Assembly (NCBI RefSeq): GCF_020745735.1
Contig: NC_083421.1
Location: 64,533,001 to 64,597,000, forward strand
From: Hemiscyllium ocellatum
Taxonomy: Eukaryota
Length of the DNA: 64,000 bases
Direction: 5' to 3'
In this document: positions 24,701 through 37,753 of the stretch, one piece after another
Numbering within the stretch: position 1 is the first letter of the stretch
Layout of the letters: the number at the start of each line of letters is the position of its first letter
Notes under the pieces: model-generated
What the model was told of the DNA's origin: nothing
The model's input: the letters and a program-made list of their open reading frames with translations, nothing else
The model's database searches: none
Position numbers and translations under genes: made by a program

Positions 24701-25922
24701 CTAACACCAGGGCAGCAGATACACATGAGGCAAAATCATGGACTGTGCCATGAGAGAAGGTGTGATAAAGAATACTACACAAAATAAACAGCATTTAATG
24801 TACAGAGTAACATATTACCACAAACATGATGGGAACCTGGAGGGAATGGAGTGCCACAGGGATCAGAGCTGGGCCCACACTGCTTATGCAATGTTTTATA
24901 GCAATAACTTGGGTGAGGGTGATCATCAGTGTGGAGTTACCTCCAGGTGCTCCGGTTTCCTCCCACAGTCCAAAGCTGTGCAGGTTAGGGTGGATTGGCC
25001 ATGCTGAATTGCTCTATAGTGTCCAGGCACGTTCAGGCTAGGTGGATTAGCCAGGGGAAATGCAGGGTTACAGGAATAGATAAGGTGGGGGCTGGGTGGG
25101 ATGCTCTTTGGAGGGTCGGTGTGAACTCGATGGGCCAAATGGCTTCTTTCTACACTAGGGATTCTATGAATATGACAGCTATGTTTGCTGATGTTACCAA
25201 AGTAGGCAGGAAAGAAAATTGTAAAGAGGTCATAGAGTCTGCAAAGGGATATAAATACATTCAGAGAATGGGCAAAATTTTATAAGAATTTGGAAAATGC
25301 AAATATCTGCTTTATTTGACAGCATAGAAAGCAGTTACCATTTAAATGGAGAGAGATTGTGGAACTCTGGAACATTAATCAAACACAGTCGTTATGCAGG
25401 TACAGAAAGTGATTAGGAAGGCAAATGGAATATTGAGGTTTATTTCAGGACAAGTGAAATATAAATATTGGGATGTTTATTGCAGCTTACAGATACAAAT
25501 CTGGAGTCCTGTGTATTGTTGTGGTCTCTATTTGAAAGGAAAACTGCATTAGAAGATCAGAGAAGATTCACTCCACTCATTACAGAACTAACACAGTTAT
25601 CTTTTCATAACTTCTGGTTATTTACACACAGTCACCAAGCAACAATACTCACCAGACATTCACTTACCTGCTTCCCTTTGGTGTCACACCTCTGTTTTCT
25701 CTTCAAATATCATCTTGGAGTCCGAGATGCAGAGGCTCCTGTATCTCCTCAATCAATTCCAGCCACACCAAACTGTTGGTAATACCGAGACCCCCACCAG
25801 AGTCTGTGCCAATTGGGACCCATACCCCAGTCACAGTGTGTGCATATTGAATGCGCATGTATGCATGTATGAACGAGTGAATGAATCAACAAGCGAATGA
25901 ATGGGTTATCTGTAATCCAATC

Positions 25923-27395
25923 AGAGTCTGTGCGTGTGGAATCCCGGCCCCGGCCAGAGTCTGTGCGTGTGGAGTCCCTGCCCCAGCCAGAGTCTGTGCG
26001 TGTGGAGTCCCTGCCCCAGCCAGAGTCTGTGCGTGTGGAATCCCTGCCCCGGCCAGAGTCTGTGCGTGTGGAATCCCTACCCCGGCCAGAGTCTGTGCGT
26101 GTGGAATCCCTATCCCGGCCAGAGTCTGTGCGTGTGGAATCCCTATCCCGGCCAGAGTCTGTGCGTGTGGAGTCCCTGCCCCAGCCAGAGTCTGTGCGTG
26201 TGGAATCCCTGCCCCAGCCAGAGTCTGTGCGTGTGGAATCCCTGCCCCAGCCAGAGTCTGTGCGTGTGGAATCCCTGCCCCAGCCAGAGTCTGTGCGTGT
26301 GGAATCCCTGCCCCAGCCAGAGTCTGTGCGTGTGGAATCCCTATCCCAGCCAGAGTCTGTGCTTGTGGAATCCCTATCCCAGCCAGAGTCTGTGCGTGTG
26401 GAATCCCTGCCCCAGCCAGAGTCTGTGCGTGTGGAGTCCCTGCCCCAGCCAGAGTCTGTGCGTGTGGAATCCCTATCCCGGCCAGAGTCTGTGCGTGTGG
26501 AATCCCTATCCCGGCCAGAGTCTGTGCGTGTGGAGTCCCTGCCCCGGCCAGAGTCTGTGCGTGTGGAGTCCCTGCCCCAGCCAGAGTCTGTGCGTGTGGA
26601 GTCCCTGCCCCAGCCAGAGTCTGTGCGTGTGGAGTCCCTGCCCCAGCCAGAGTCTGTGCGTGTGGAGTCCCTGCCCCAGCCAGAGTCTGTGCGTGTGGAG
26701 TCCCTGCCCCAGCCAGAGTCTGTGCGTGTGGAGTCCCTGCCCCAGCCAGAGTCTGTGCGTGTGGAGTCCCTGCCCCAGCCAGAGTCTGTGCGTGTGGAAT
26801 CCCTGCCCCAGCCAGAGTCTGTGCGTGTGGAATCCCGGCCCCAGCCAGAGTCTGTGCGTGTGGAGTCCCTGCCCCAGCCAGAGTCTGTGCGTGTGGAGTC
26901 CCTGCCCCAGCCAGAGTCTGTGCGTGTGGAGTCCCTGCCCCAGCCAGAGTCTGTGCGTGTGGAGTCCCTGCCCCAGCCAGAGTCTGTGCGTGTGGAGTCC
27001 CTGCCCCAGCCAGAGTCTGTGCGTGTGGAGTCCCTGCCCCAGCCAGAGTCTGTGCGTGTGGAGTCCCTGCCCCAGCCAGAGTCTGTGCGTGTGGAGTCCC
27101 TGCCCCAGCCAGAGTCTGTGCGTGTGGAGTCCCTGCCCCAGCCAGAGTCTGTGCGTGTGGAGTCCCTGCCCCAGCCAGAGTCTGTGCGTGTGGAATCCCT
27201 GCCCTAGCCAGAGTCTGTGCGTGTGGAGTCCCTGCCCTAGCCAGAGTCTGTGCGTGTGGAGTCCCTGCCCCAGCCAGAGTCTGTGCGTGTGGAATCCCTG
27301 CCCCGGCCAGAGTCTGTGCGTGTGGAGTCCCTACCCCAGCCAGAGTCTGTGCGTGTGGAATCCCTACCCTAGCCAGAGTCTGTGCATGTGGAATG
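25923..27395. repeat. 30-bp minisatellite, about 49 copies (ccagagtctgtgcgtgtggagtccctgccccag type)
   Basis: 10-aa periodicity in the ORF track; lies in a MED22 intron. Confidence 0.97.
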
Positions 27396-27540
27396 CAAAC
27401 TCCAGGGATAGTCAGTATGTGAGTGAGACCTGTACCCCAGCCAGAGTTTACATGTATGAAACAGAACACACCAAGGTAGTTTGATTAAAAAAAGTCACAC
27501 AGAGACTGAACAGCATGCATTTGATCCATGCAATACTTAC

Positions 27541-27621
27541 AATGTTTGCTGCTCTCACATGCATCTCATAGTGATCTTGTTCACACTGTGTCGCCCGGGA
27601 TACCTGCGTCTCATCTTCAAC
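27541..27621 (-). CDS. MED22: MED22 coding exon 2
   Basis: VEDETQVSRATQCEQDHYEMHVRAANI; 81 nt; AG and GTAAGT boundaries. Confidence 0.97.
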
Positions 27622-28109
27622 CTGTGATTGAAGGTTCAGCTTACGGTGAACACTTATCACAGTGTCTTAGGAACATTATATTAAGCCTCTGACCATTGCT
27701 TTAACACACAGTTCCAAGCTGGCTGCTGGACTCCCAGTTTGATCATTGTGTGGATCATGGTACTAAGGGGAGTAAGTACAGCAATAGCAGGAGGCCATTC
27801 ATCTCTTAAAAATCTGATACCCTATTCAATCAGATGAGGAGTGATTCGCATCTCAAACAGAGCAAGGGACTAATAAACTGCACAGGAATCCAGGGTTTAA
27901 CGTGTCAAGGCTTCAATTCCTGATTGTCACAAGAACAGGAGAAATTAAAATGATAAAACATTTGAATATTTGCTGTGGTCCCAATAATTTGAGACCTGTG
28001 TGTGTAAGACTTAAAACATTGTTCTATCCAAAGCTCAGGACTCACTCAGAGAAATACTTTTCTCTGGGAAAGGATGGAACGCACAGGTTGAAATGTTTAA
28101 GCTAATCAA

Positions 28110-30620
28110 TGTGGAGGTTTGAGATATTAGAGCTAAATGGCTGCAGGGGATCTGGATTGGGAACTAAATATCCAAGGGATATACACCTTATCAAAAAGGC
28201 AGGCAGGTTGGCAGATGGGATAGGGTTGCCTTACCAGTAAGAAAGTAAATTAAATCAATAGCAAGAAATGACAATAGGGTCAGATGATGTACAATCTGTG
28301 TGGGTAGAATTAAGGAACCGCGAAGGTAAAGGGAGCCCATAATGGGAGTTTGTACAGGCCTCCAAACTGTAGTTAGGATGTGGGACAAAAGATACACCAG
28401 GAGATAGAAAAGGTGTACAAGAAAGGCAAGGTTAGAGTGATCATGGGGGATTTCAATATGCTGGTGGACTGGGAAAATCAGGTTGGACGGGATTGGAGGC
28501 AGGTTTGGTGGGTGGGGGGGGCAGGGTGCGAGTGGGTAGGTTTGAGGGGTGGGCAGGGTTGAGCAGACTGGGGGGTGGGGGAGGAGTCTTGCATGCAGTG
28601 CTGCTGCTGCCTAGTCTCCTGAACAGGGAGGAGACTTCACAGATCAGAGAAAATCAATTAACCAAATAATCAATTATCTGAACGAAATCGTGCCTGCCCA
28701 TCTCGTTCGGATAGTTGAGGTTCCTCTGTAAAGCGGCGAAGGGCAATGGAAGCCGGGGGATTGGGAGGCAAACACAGACCAACCGAGGACAACTAAAACA
28801 GAAAAAAAGGAGGGAGAAGATTAAATATGAGGGCAAGCTAAGAAAAAAGATTGCAAGAGTTCCTTTAGGCATATAAAGGGTACAAGAGAGGCAAACGTTG
28901 CCAGTCAGCTGCTGAAAAATGTCACTGTAGGAGTAGTAACGGGGAACAAGAAATGGGGGAGGAACTGAACCAATACTTTGTGTCAGTCTTCATGGGGGAA
29001 AACAGGAGTAATATCCCAAACATTCAAGAGAGTTGGAGGGCAGAGGTGAGTACGGTTGCCTTCATCAAGGAGAAGGTGCTTGAGAAACGGAAATGTCTGA
29101 AAGTGGATAAATCACCTGGACCAGATGGACTACACTCCAGAGTTCTGAAGGAGATAGCTGAAGAGATAGTGAAGGCTTTAGTAGCGACCTTTCAAGAATC
29201 ACTGGAGTTAGGGAGGGTTCCAGAAGACTGGAAAATTGCTAATGTAGTCCCCCTGTTTAAGAAGGGAGTGAGGCAAAAGACAGGAAATTATAGACCGATT
29301 ATCCTGACCATGGTCATTGGTAAGAGTTTGGAGTTCATTGTGAAGAATGAGATTTCTGAATATTTGAAAGTACATGGTAAAATCAGCCAAGTCAGCATGG
29401 TTTCATCAAGGGGAGATCATGCCTGACAGGTCTGTAGGAATTCTTTGAGGAGGTAATGAGTAGGTTAGGCCAAGGAGAGCCCACGGATGTTATCTACTTG
29501 GACTTCTCGAAGGTCTTTGACAAGGTGCTGCACAGGAAGTGGCTGAGTAACTTAAGAGCCCATGGTGTTAGGGGCAAGGTGCTAGCATGGATAGAGGTCT
29601 GGCAGAATGCGGTGAGTGGGATAAAAGGGTCCTTTTCAGGAAGGCAGCCGCTGACAAGTGGTGTTCCTCAAGGGTCAGCATTGGGACCGCAACTTTTCAC
29701 TTTATACATTATTGATCTAGATGAAGGAAATGAGGCATTCTGGCTCAGGTTGCAGATGATACAAAGATAGGTGGAAGGAGGCAGGAGGCTGCAGAAGGTT
29801 TTAGACAGGTTAGGAGAGCGGGTAAAGAAGTGGCAGGTGGAATACAACGTGGGCAAAGTGTAAGGTCATGCACTTTGGCAGGAAGAATAGGGGCACAGAC
29901 TATTTTCTAATGGGGAGAAAATTCAGAAATCTGAAGTGCATAGGGTCTTGGGAGTCTTAGTTCAGGATTCTCTGAAGGTTAACTTGCAGGTTGGTTAGGA
30001 AGGTAAATGCAAGGTTGGCCTCTATTTTGAGACAACTGAAATATAAAAGCAGGGATGTACTTCTGAGGCTTTATAAAGTTCAGATCAGACCACATTTAGA
30101 GCATTGTGGCAATTTTGGGCTCCGTATCTCAGGAAGGATGTACTGGCCCTGGAGCGGGGCCACAGGAATAAAAGGCTTAGCCATGAGGAATATTTGAGGA
30201 CTCTGGGTTTATATTTGATGGGTTTAGAAGGATCGGGGGGATCCAATTTAATCTTACAGAATACTGAAAGGCCTGGATAGAGTGGACATTGGGAATATGT
30301 TTCCATTAGCAGGAGCGACTAGGACCCAAGGGCACAAGCTTGGTGTAAAAGGGAAGACCTTTTAGAACAGAAATGAGGAAAAACTTCTTCAGCCAGAGAG
30401 TAGGGAATCTATTGAGTTCACTGCCACAGAAGGCTGTGGGGGTCAGGTCATTGAGTATATTTAAGACAGAGATAGATAGGTTCTTGATTGTTAAGGGGAT
30501 CAAAGATTACAGGGAGATGGTGGAAGAATGTAGTTAAGAAACTTATCAGTCATGATTAAATGGTGGAGTGGACTCAATGGGTCAAATCCTCTAATTTCTC
30601 CTCCTATGTCCTATGGTCTA
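28110..30620 (+). mobile_element. CR1/HER1-type LINE ORF2 pseudogene (endonuclease and RT fragments)
   Basis: VIMGDFN; KSPGPDGLH; WKIANVVPLFKKG..NYRPI; [11 protein letters not shown]; [14 protein letters not shown]; multiple stops and frameshifts. Confidence 0.9.
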
Positions 30621-31204
30621 TTATCCCGTGGAAAGACAAGGTTAGAAGTGAGCCTGTTTTAAGGGTTTGGAATGACAGAAGTTTACAATGGGGCTAAATG
30701 TTCAGAGGTTGGTCTGAAAGGTCAGGGAAACAGGAAGGGTAAGCAAATTTTTAAAATTATCACAAAATTAGTTTTATAGACTGGCTCAGACTATCAGACT
30801 GGCACTATGTCAAATGCTCAGAGCCAATGCAGACACAATAGGCTGAGTGACCTCTCCCTGCATCAGAACAATTCTGTGATGCTGTGTTCAACTCTCAGTC
30901 ACAACTGTTGTTGAAGCAAATCTCTGCATTCACTTCAAAGGAAATTGCAGAAAAAGAAACATTAAAAAAAAACGTGTAGAGGGAGTGGTGGGAAAGTTGG
31001 GGATGAGCTAATGGGCTGAATGGCCTGCTTCTGTACTAGATATTCTATACTTAGAATGTCACTGAAATACAAAGACTGTTGATTTAGTACTTAACACTAC
31101 TCGGCATGAGAAATTTGATCTTCTCAAGGTAAACTGTAGGAAATTAAGAACATTTGCTCAGACCAGTGCTGCAAGCCTGGCTGGCCTGTCTTGATGCTAC
31201 TTAC

Positions 31205-31327
31205 CCGAGCACTTTTAACAATTTCTGTGAAGTTATCCAGAATAGATTTGATGTCATCTTTCAGTCTCTTGTTGTAGGACTGGAGCAGAAGCTCTTTACT
31301 CTGAGGTAGTGTTCGTTGCTGTGACAT
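31205..31327 (-). CDS. MED22: MED22 coding exon 1
   Basis: [41 protein letters not shown]; acceptor cag|gATG (exon starts at 31328); donor GTAAGT. Confidence 0.97.
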
Positions 31328-32939
31328 CCTGCATTGATATATAAACATTCACAAAGCAATGTTATCACAATTTGCTCAAAATCTTCTGTCGTCATTTGAA
31401 ACATGCCCTCAGTGCAGGCGCACAAATGTAGGCCGCCTGCTCGTACCGGAACTAAACTGCCAAGGTTCAAGGCCTGGATCTCAGGTGCTGACAAGGAGAA
31501 CGTTAAGAACACATGACTAACAGAAAGCTGCTTAGCTCTTCAAGCTTACTCTTTCATGCATCAAACCCCATATCCTTCCTGGACATCCCATAACCTTCGA
31601 CTTGCTTTGTAGATCAAAAATCACTAAGACAAAGCTTCAGGTGAAATCGCTGACCACTGATTGATGGGGAAATAATCAATGTTTCCTCTAAAGTGTGTGG
31701 CCAAGCAGACACTGCTAGGATCCATACATTGGTAGAGAAATTAGAGGGAATGTAGGAGAGAACTTGAATACTAAATGATCCTCGGAAGAAAGGTTCTCAC
31801 CTCTATCTTAAATGAGGGGTCATTCATTTTGAATCGTACCCCTTTGTTGTAAATTCCCTGATGAAGGCAAACATACTCTCAGCATCCACTTCGTCAAGTC
31901 ACTTTACCATGTTATTTCTGAAGGATTGAAGGGGTCACCAAACTTGAAACATTAACCCTGTTTTCTCTCCATGGATGCTGCCAAACCTGCTCAGTTTCTG
32001 TAATAACTGCTGTTTTTGTTTACATAACTTCACTATTGTAACGAACCCACTTGTAAATCTTCACCGACACAAAGACACAGTAAAGTTGCCATAATCCCAG
32101 AGGACCATACGGTTGCTCTCTCATTAGAAAGAGTGAAACACGGTGAGTTTAACATGAGGGTCACCACACCTCAGTGGGGGAATGAGTTTGAGAAGGACAG
32201 TCTTTCATTGTAATCCCAGCCAATGCAGGAATTGAACCTCTGCATCGCAAACCAGCCATTCAGCCAAGCGAGTTGCAGACAGAAAAAAGACTTGGTATCA
32301 GGGGTACAAGGAAATCTGGGAAGGTAGCTCAATGATCGCTGTTTACAGGCCAAATAAACTGATGCTTCTTGCCAGGATTCGCTGTTGACCCATAAATCCT
32401 GCTCTAAACATTTTCAACTTTCTAGCAGGAGGCACTGAGCAACTCAATCATAATTTGCAAAGCCTCTTAGCTGCTGGTTAAAGGCAACAGCCAATCACAT
32501 AGCTGTTGGTAGGCAGGAGGCTTTGTCATTGACAAGTGGCCATCTCACCATTGACCAGCAACTTGGTGCTGGCAGAATCTCACTGTGTTCACACCCCCTG
32601 ATGCCAGCCCATCTGTAGTACTTCCATTTTTGAATGAACACAGCAGTATCATCAGAGTTTACAATGAGGAGGAGGAGTAAATTACTCGAGATGCTGACAA
32701 AGAGTTATTTAGACTGGAAATGTTAGCTTGTTTTCTCTCCATGGATGCAGTCGGACCCGCGATGATCTCCAGCATTTGTTATTTCCTGTACAACGAGGAG
32801 TGCTGGGATCTGCCACCAAACATTGCAGCAATGTCATCAACAATCAGTGGAGTTTAAAAACAGACTGTTTCTCATTTCATTCCACATCAAAAGTACAAAA
32901 AATAAAAATGTTAGTCTCTAAATATCCTGACAGTAGGGA

Positions 32940-33060
32940 CTGATGAAGGGCTCTGGCCCGAAACGTCGAATTTCCTGTTCCTTGGATGCTGCCTGACCTG
33001 CTGCGCTTTTCCAGCAACACATTTTCAGCTCTGATCTCCAGCATCTACAGACCTCACTTT
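32940..33060 (+). mobile_element. Penelope pLTR fragment with a hammerhead core
   Basis: CTGATGA a gggc-tctg-gccc GAAACGTC gaat at 32940-32971; the 5' strand of stem I is missing. Confidence 0.7.
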
Positions 33061-33094
33061 TTACTGTGATTTACAGTCAACAGCATATTCTCAG

Positions 33095-33809
33095 CACTGA
33101 GGGAGTGCCGCACTGTCGGAGGGTCAGTGCTGAGGGAGCGCCGCACTGTCGGAGGGTCAGTGCTGAGGGAGTGCCTCACTGTCGGAGGGTCAGTGCTGAG
33201 GGAGCGCCGCACTGTCGGAGGGTCAGTGCTGAGGGAGCGCCGCACTGTCGGAGGGTCAGTGCTGAGGGAGCGCCGCACTGTCGGAGGGTCAGTGCTGAGG
33301 GAGCGCCGCACTGTCGGAGGGTCAGTGCTGAGGGAGCGCCGCACTGTCGGAGGGTCAGTGCTGAGGGAGCGCCGCACTGTCGGAGGGTCAGTGCTGAGGG
33401 AGCGCCGCACTGTCGGAGGGTCAGTGCTGAGGGAGCGCCGCACTGTCGGAGGGTCAGTGCTGAGGGAGTGGGCACTGTCGGAGGGTCAGTGCTGAGGGAG
33501 TGGGCACTGTCGGAGGGTCAGTGCTGAGGGAGCGCCGCACTGTCGGAGGGTCAGTGCTGAGGGAGTGGGCACTGTCGGAGGGTCAGTGCTGAGGGAGTGC
33601 TGCACTGTCGGAGGGTCAGTGCTGAGGGAGTGCCGCACTGTCGGAGGGTCGGCGCTGAGGGAGTGGGCACTGTCGGAGGGTCAGTGCTGAGGGAGTGGGC
33701 ACTGTCGGAGGGTCAGTGCTGAGGGAGCGCCGCACTGTCGGAGGGTCAGTGCTGAGGGAGCGCCGCACTGTCGGAGGGTCAGTGCTGAGGGAGTGCCGCA
33801 CTGTCGGAG
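33095..33809. repeat. 33-bp minisatellite, homogeneous, in MED22 intron 1
   Basis: (gagggtcagtgctgagggagcgccgcactgtcg)n with 11-aa periodic ORFs. Confidence 0.95.
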
Positions 33810-33860
33810 ACCCCGCAATGTTTGTAAGGAGCGGTTTTGTTTGATTATTATTATTCTCAC

Positions 33861-34090
33861 CTCAGGCGCTAAACAAATGAAGAATCCGAATCAACTCAAG
33901 TCCATCACAGGCCGCGGTTCGACCGACACCGGAAGTTCGCCTCCCGATGCCGCTGATTGGTCGTCAGGCCGTTCACGTGGGATAATCTGGATAATTGGTG
34001 TGGCCCAGTCGGATATCAATCATACCCATCTAACCAATAGGGCATGTGTTTTCAGCCACGTGACCGTCCTCTGCCATCTTGGTGAGGGCA
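33861..34090 (-). promoter_or_regulatory. MED22 non-coding first exon and promoter
   Basis: Donor gag|GTGAGA at 33860; CpG-rich; ETS CCGGAAGT 33929-33936; CCAAT on both strands (33956-33960 and 34034-34038); CACGTG at 33974 and 34057; YY1 GCCATCTT 34073-34080. Confidence 0.7.
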
Positions 34091-34257
34091 ATGTCACCAG
34101 CAGTGAGGTCACATTGAGCTGGGAGGTACATGTGACTGTGACACAAAGGCAGAGGCAATTCATTGTTAAATATCTGTTATTGTGGTTCTCTGTTCAGGAC
34201 CAACAGAGCTGGTAACCCCAACAACTGATCAATACTTTCCTCATCTACATGTTCAGA

Positions 34258-34550
34258 GGTGGCACGTTGGCTCAATGGTCAGCACTACTGTGACACATGG
34301 GTTCGATTCCACCCTCAGGTGACTGTGTGGAGTTTGCACACTCTCCCTGTGTCTGTGTGGGTTTCCTCCGGGTGGTCCGGTTTCCTCACACAGTGCAAAG
34401 CTGTGCAGATCGCGTGAACTGGCCAGCTAAATTGCCCATCGTGTGAGGTGCATTAGTCAGAGAATGGGTCTGGATGGGTTAGTCTTCAGAGGGTTGGTGT
34501 GGTCTGGTTGGGCCGAAGGGCCTGTTTCCACACTGTAGAGGAATCTAATA
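34258..34550 (+). mobile_element. HE1-type SINE, diverged
   Basis: tRNA-like head and gggccgaagggcctgtttccacactgtag tail. Confidence 0.8.
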
Positions 34551-36324
34551 ACTGGACTCAAGCCTGTCCCTCCTACCTCAGAGGCAACTGCACTACCGCT
34601 GCCCCACAAGAAGCCTTCACAACTACTTGCTGTTGAAAGTCTCCAAATCTCTTATAGTTCGAGTAAATAACTTGCATCAAAAGGCCATCAAATTTAAAAC
34701 CACCAAAATAAGAAATTACAGAACCACAGTGGGTTGCACTGCCATTGCCGCATAGACAGAGGCCATTTCACTCATCAGGTTCACGTACGGCAAATCAGCC
34801 AATACCTTTTTTCCCTGCTGGAATCTGTTCCATATTTATTCACTTGGAAACCCCAATGATTTCCTTTTCAAATCACTGGCAATCTCTGCTCCCAACTCAT
34901 GGATAGCAGATTCCTGGCCTTCAGGAGCTCAGTACTCCTAGACGAGTGATCAGAAATGGGCTGAGTGGCAACTTAGCTGTGACTTTTTTAAAGGTTATGA
35001 ATGAGTCAAGATCCATCAGAAGGCATTAAGTGTTACATGGAACAAAAAAAGACTACAAGTATCGATTCAAGTGCCCTTTAGAAACTTGAATGTTCCAAAG
35101 TTGGTCAGACCCTACTGGAGTGTTGGTACATTTTGCTGGGCAGGGGATTAGGATGGATTCCACTACTTTGGCCAGTGCAGACATTACATCCTACACTCCC
35201 ATAAGCCATTCTTCTTGGGAAAAAAAGGGTCTAAAAGTGGTAGTAGAGACATAAAGGAACGTGAGGGTACAGGTCCACAAATCATCAGTCTTTTGATAGT
35301 AAGCAACATGACTACTGGTTAAAAAAATATATTTTGTCAAAGCCTTTCATCATGGATGGCAGGTAGATTCTGATTGAGTGGAAGCACATCCATTGAGAGT
35401 GCACGAATTAAGGGTGATTGTTAATTGCCAGGCTTGGTTTAAACTTTTAACCAAGCAGGTTGACTTTTGATTGCCCTGAGAAAGTAACCAGAGAATACTG
35501 GTCACTTACTTTGTTGACTTGAAACAGGCACAGTGTGTGCATGTTCTTTCCACCTGCTAAGAACAGGGTCTGTGTATTAATATATGCAGCTTCCTACAAG
35601 GTGTTCCACACTGTCAACCAGTTCTTTGCATACTTGGAATTGTTCAGCATATGTTGTGTAACTGTATAATCACATCAAAGCGTTGGACACTGCTGCACTT
35701 GGAAATCTCACACTTAGTGATTTAGTGATTTGAATTGTATTAAGAAAATATTCATGCAATTGCTTAATTCAAATGTAGACTGGAGAGCATTTAGCCCACA
35801 CCTTACCAGAAATCAAGTAAATAATAACAAAAATCTGTATCTCATGCACTCATTTATTCTAATCACAGATAGTACAGTAACAGTGTTCAAATGTTGACTC
35901 AATCAGCCATGTGGTCAAATTCCTCTATGTTCTCACCCTTCTTTCTCTCTGTAAACACTTCACTCCAAGACATCTGTACACTAATTCTGTTCCTTGTTCT
36001 GTTCTCTTGCTGATTTTAATAATTTTTCCATAACTCTTCACTCATCTTTCTATCTGAAAAAAAAACCCATCAATGAAGTCTTTTGTTGCCTGTCCTAATA
36101 TCTCCTGTGGACCAGCATTGACACTGTTCCTGTGAAGCACAGAGGGATGTTTCCTATATTGAAAGTGCTATATAGATAATGCAGGCTGTTGTTTCTGTTG
36201 AAAATGGCGTACCTTGGTCAGCGTCACAAATTCACAGCTGATCTGGAGTCAGATGTTACACGGCATTACCGGGTTTTACAATTGACAGTTTGTATGATAT
36301 AATTTATTCAAATTATAAGAGGAG

Positions 36325-37125
36325 TTGCAGATGGCGTTAAATCTAGATAAATGCGAGGTGCTGCACTTGGGAAAGGCAAATCAGGACAGGACTTATACAC
36401 TTAATGGTAAGGTCCTGGGCAGCGTTACTGAACACAGAGACCTTGGAGTGCAGGGTCATAGCTCCTTGAAAGTGGAATTGCAGGTAGATAGGATAGTGAA
36501 GAAAGCGTTTGGTATGCTTTCCTTTATTAGACAGTGCACTGAGGAAAGGAGTTAGGAGGTCATGTTGTGGCTGTACAGGATATTGGTTAAGTCACTTAAG
36601 CAGTTCTGGTCTCCCTACTATAGAAAGGATGTTGTGAAACTTGAAAGGGTTCAGAAAAGATTTACAAGGATGTTGCCAGGGTTGGAGGATTTGAGCTACA
36701 GGGAGAGGCTGAATAGGCTGGGGCTACTTTCCCTGGAGTGTTGGAGGCTAAACCTTACATAGGTTTATAAAATTATGAGGGGCGTGGATAGGGTAAATAT
36801 ACAAGGTGTTTTCTCCAGGGTAGCAGAGGCCAAAACTAGAGGCCAAAGGTTTAAGATGAGAAGGAAAAAATTTGAAAGCGACCTAGGGGCAACTCTTTCA
36901 CACGGAGGGTGGTGTGTGTATGGAATGAGCTGCCAGAGGAAGTGGTGGAGGCTGGTACAGTTACAACATTGAAAAGGCATCTGGATGGGTATATGAATAG
37001 GAAGGGTTTGGAGGGATATGGGCCAAGTGCTGGCAAATGGGACTAGATTTATTTAGGATATCTGCTTGGCATTGATGAGTTGGATCGAATGGTCTGTTTC
37101 CATGCTGTGCGTCTCTATGACTCTA
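36325..37125 (+). mobile_element. HER1/CR1 LINE 3' fragment
   Basis: QMALNLDKCEVLHLG...QFWSPYYRKDVVKLERVQKRFTRMLPG plus a 3' tail. Confidence 0.88.
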
Positions 37126-37596
37126 TCCAGAATCTGATAGTGAGAATATGGAAACTATCTAAACCTCTGAGATTAAGAAAGAGGTTTTGAAGTTCCTTGC
37201 TTTTGAAACTGTTACTGGATTAAAGTATTGACCTCCACCAGGTCAACCCCATAATGGTTCAATTATTTCAAAAACCTGGCTGCCTGCTGAGGAATTTCCA
37301 ACACTGCTGACTGGACAGACTGATTGCCCAATATCCTGCTGTTAACCGGCTTCTCAAACAGGCATCTGGAATTGTAAAATCCTTCGCAATACATTTGAAA
37401 ACACATTTCCCTGGCTTGGCTGCAATAACTGAGATTTGCATAGACTGCAACGGCAGAAATCAACTTTAGTTATTGCAATTTATCTGTATGATTTTATCTC
37501 TTGGTGGGACTTGCTCCCTCTAAACCAAAGGAATATGGCCTGCTCACAGCAGGATCACAATGACTGTTCTCTGTCACTTAAATCTTTCTGATTGGA

Positions 37597-37753
37597 TTAG
37601 GATTTCGGTTGATCTCCAGAGTCCACAGCTTTGTTAGAATGGTCCCCCTCAGGTTCCTCACAGTTGGTTCCATTTGTGGTAATTTCCAGTGAACCATCGA
37701 AAACCACACGTTGAACCTTCTCACCCTTTGCAGCCAATATTTCTTCGATATTC
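37597..37753 (-). CDS. DNLZ: DNLZ exon 3 (last)
   Basis: (K)NIEEILAAKGEKVQRV...PKS* matches RNIEEILTARGEQV; AG at 37755-37754; phase fits exon 2. Confidence 0.92.

Noticed and set aside
25881-27484. 430-530-aa ORFs in four frames
   Set aside because: Artefact of a stop-poor 30-bp tandem repeat inside a MED22 intron; no unique coding flanks.
28953-30306. Active reverse transcriptase gene
   Set aside because: Multiple stops and frameshifts; all LINE, Tx1 and Penelope ORFs in the window are broken.
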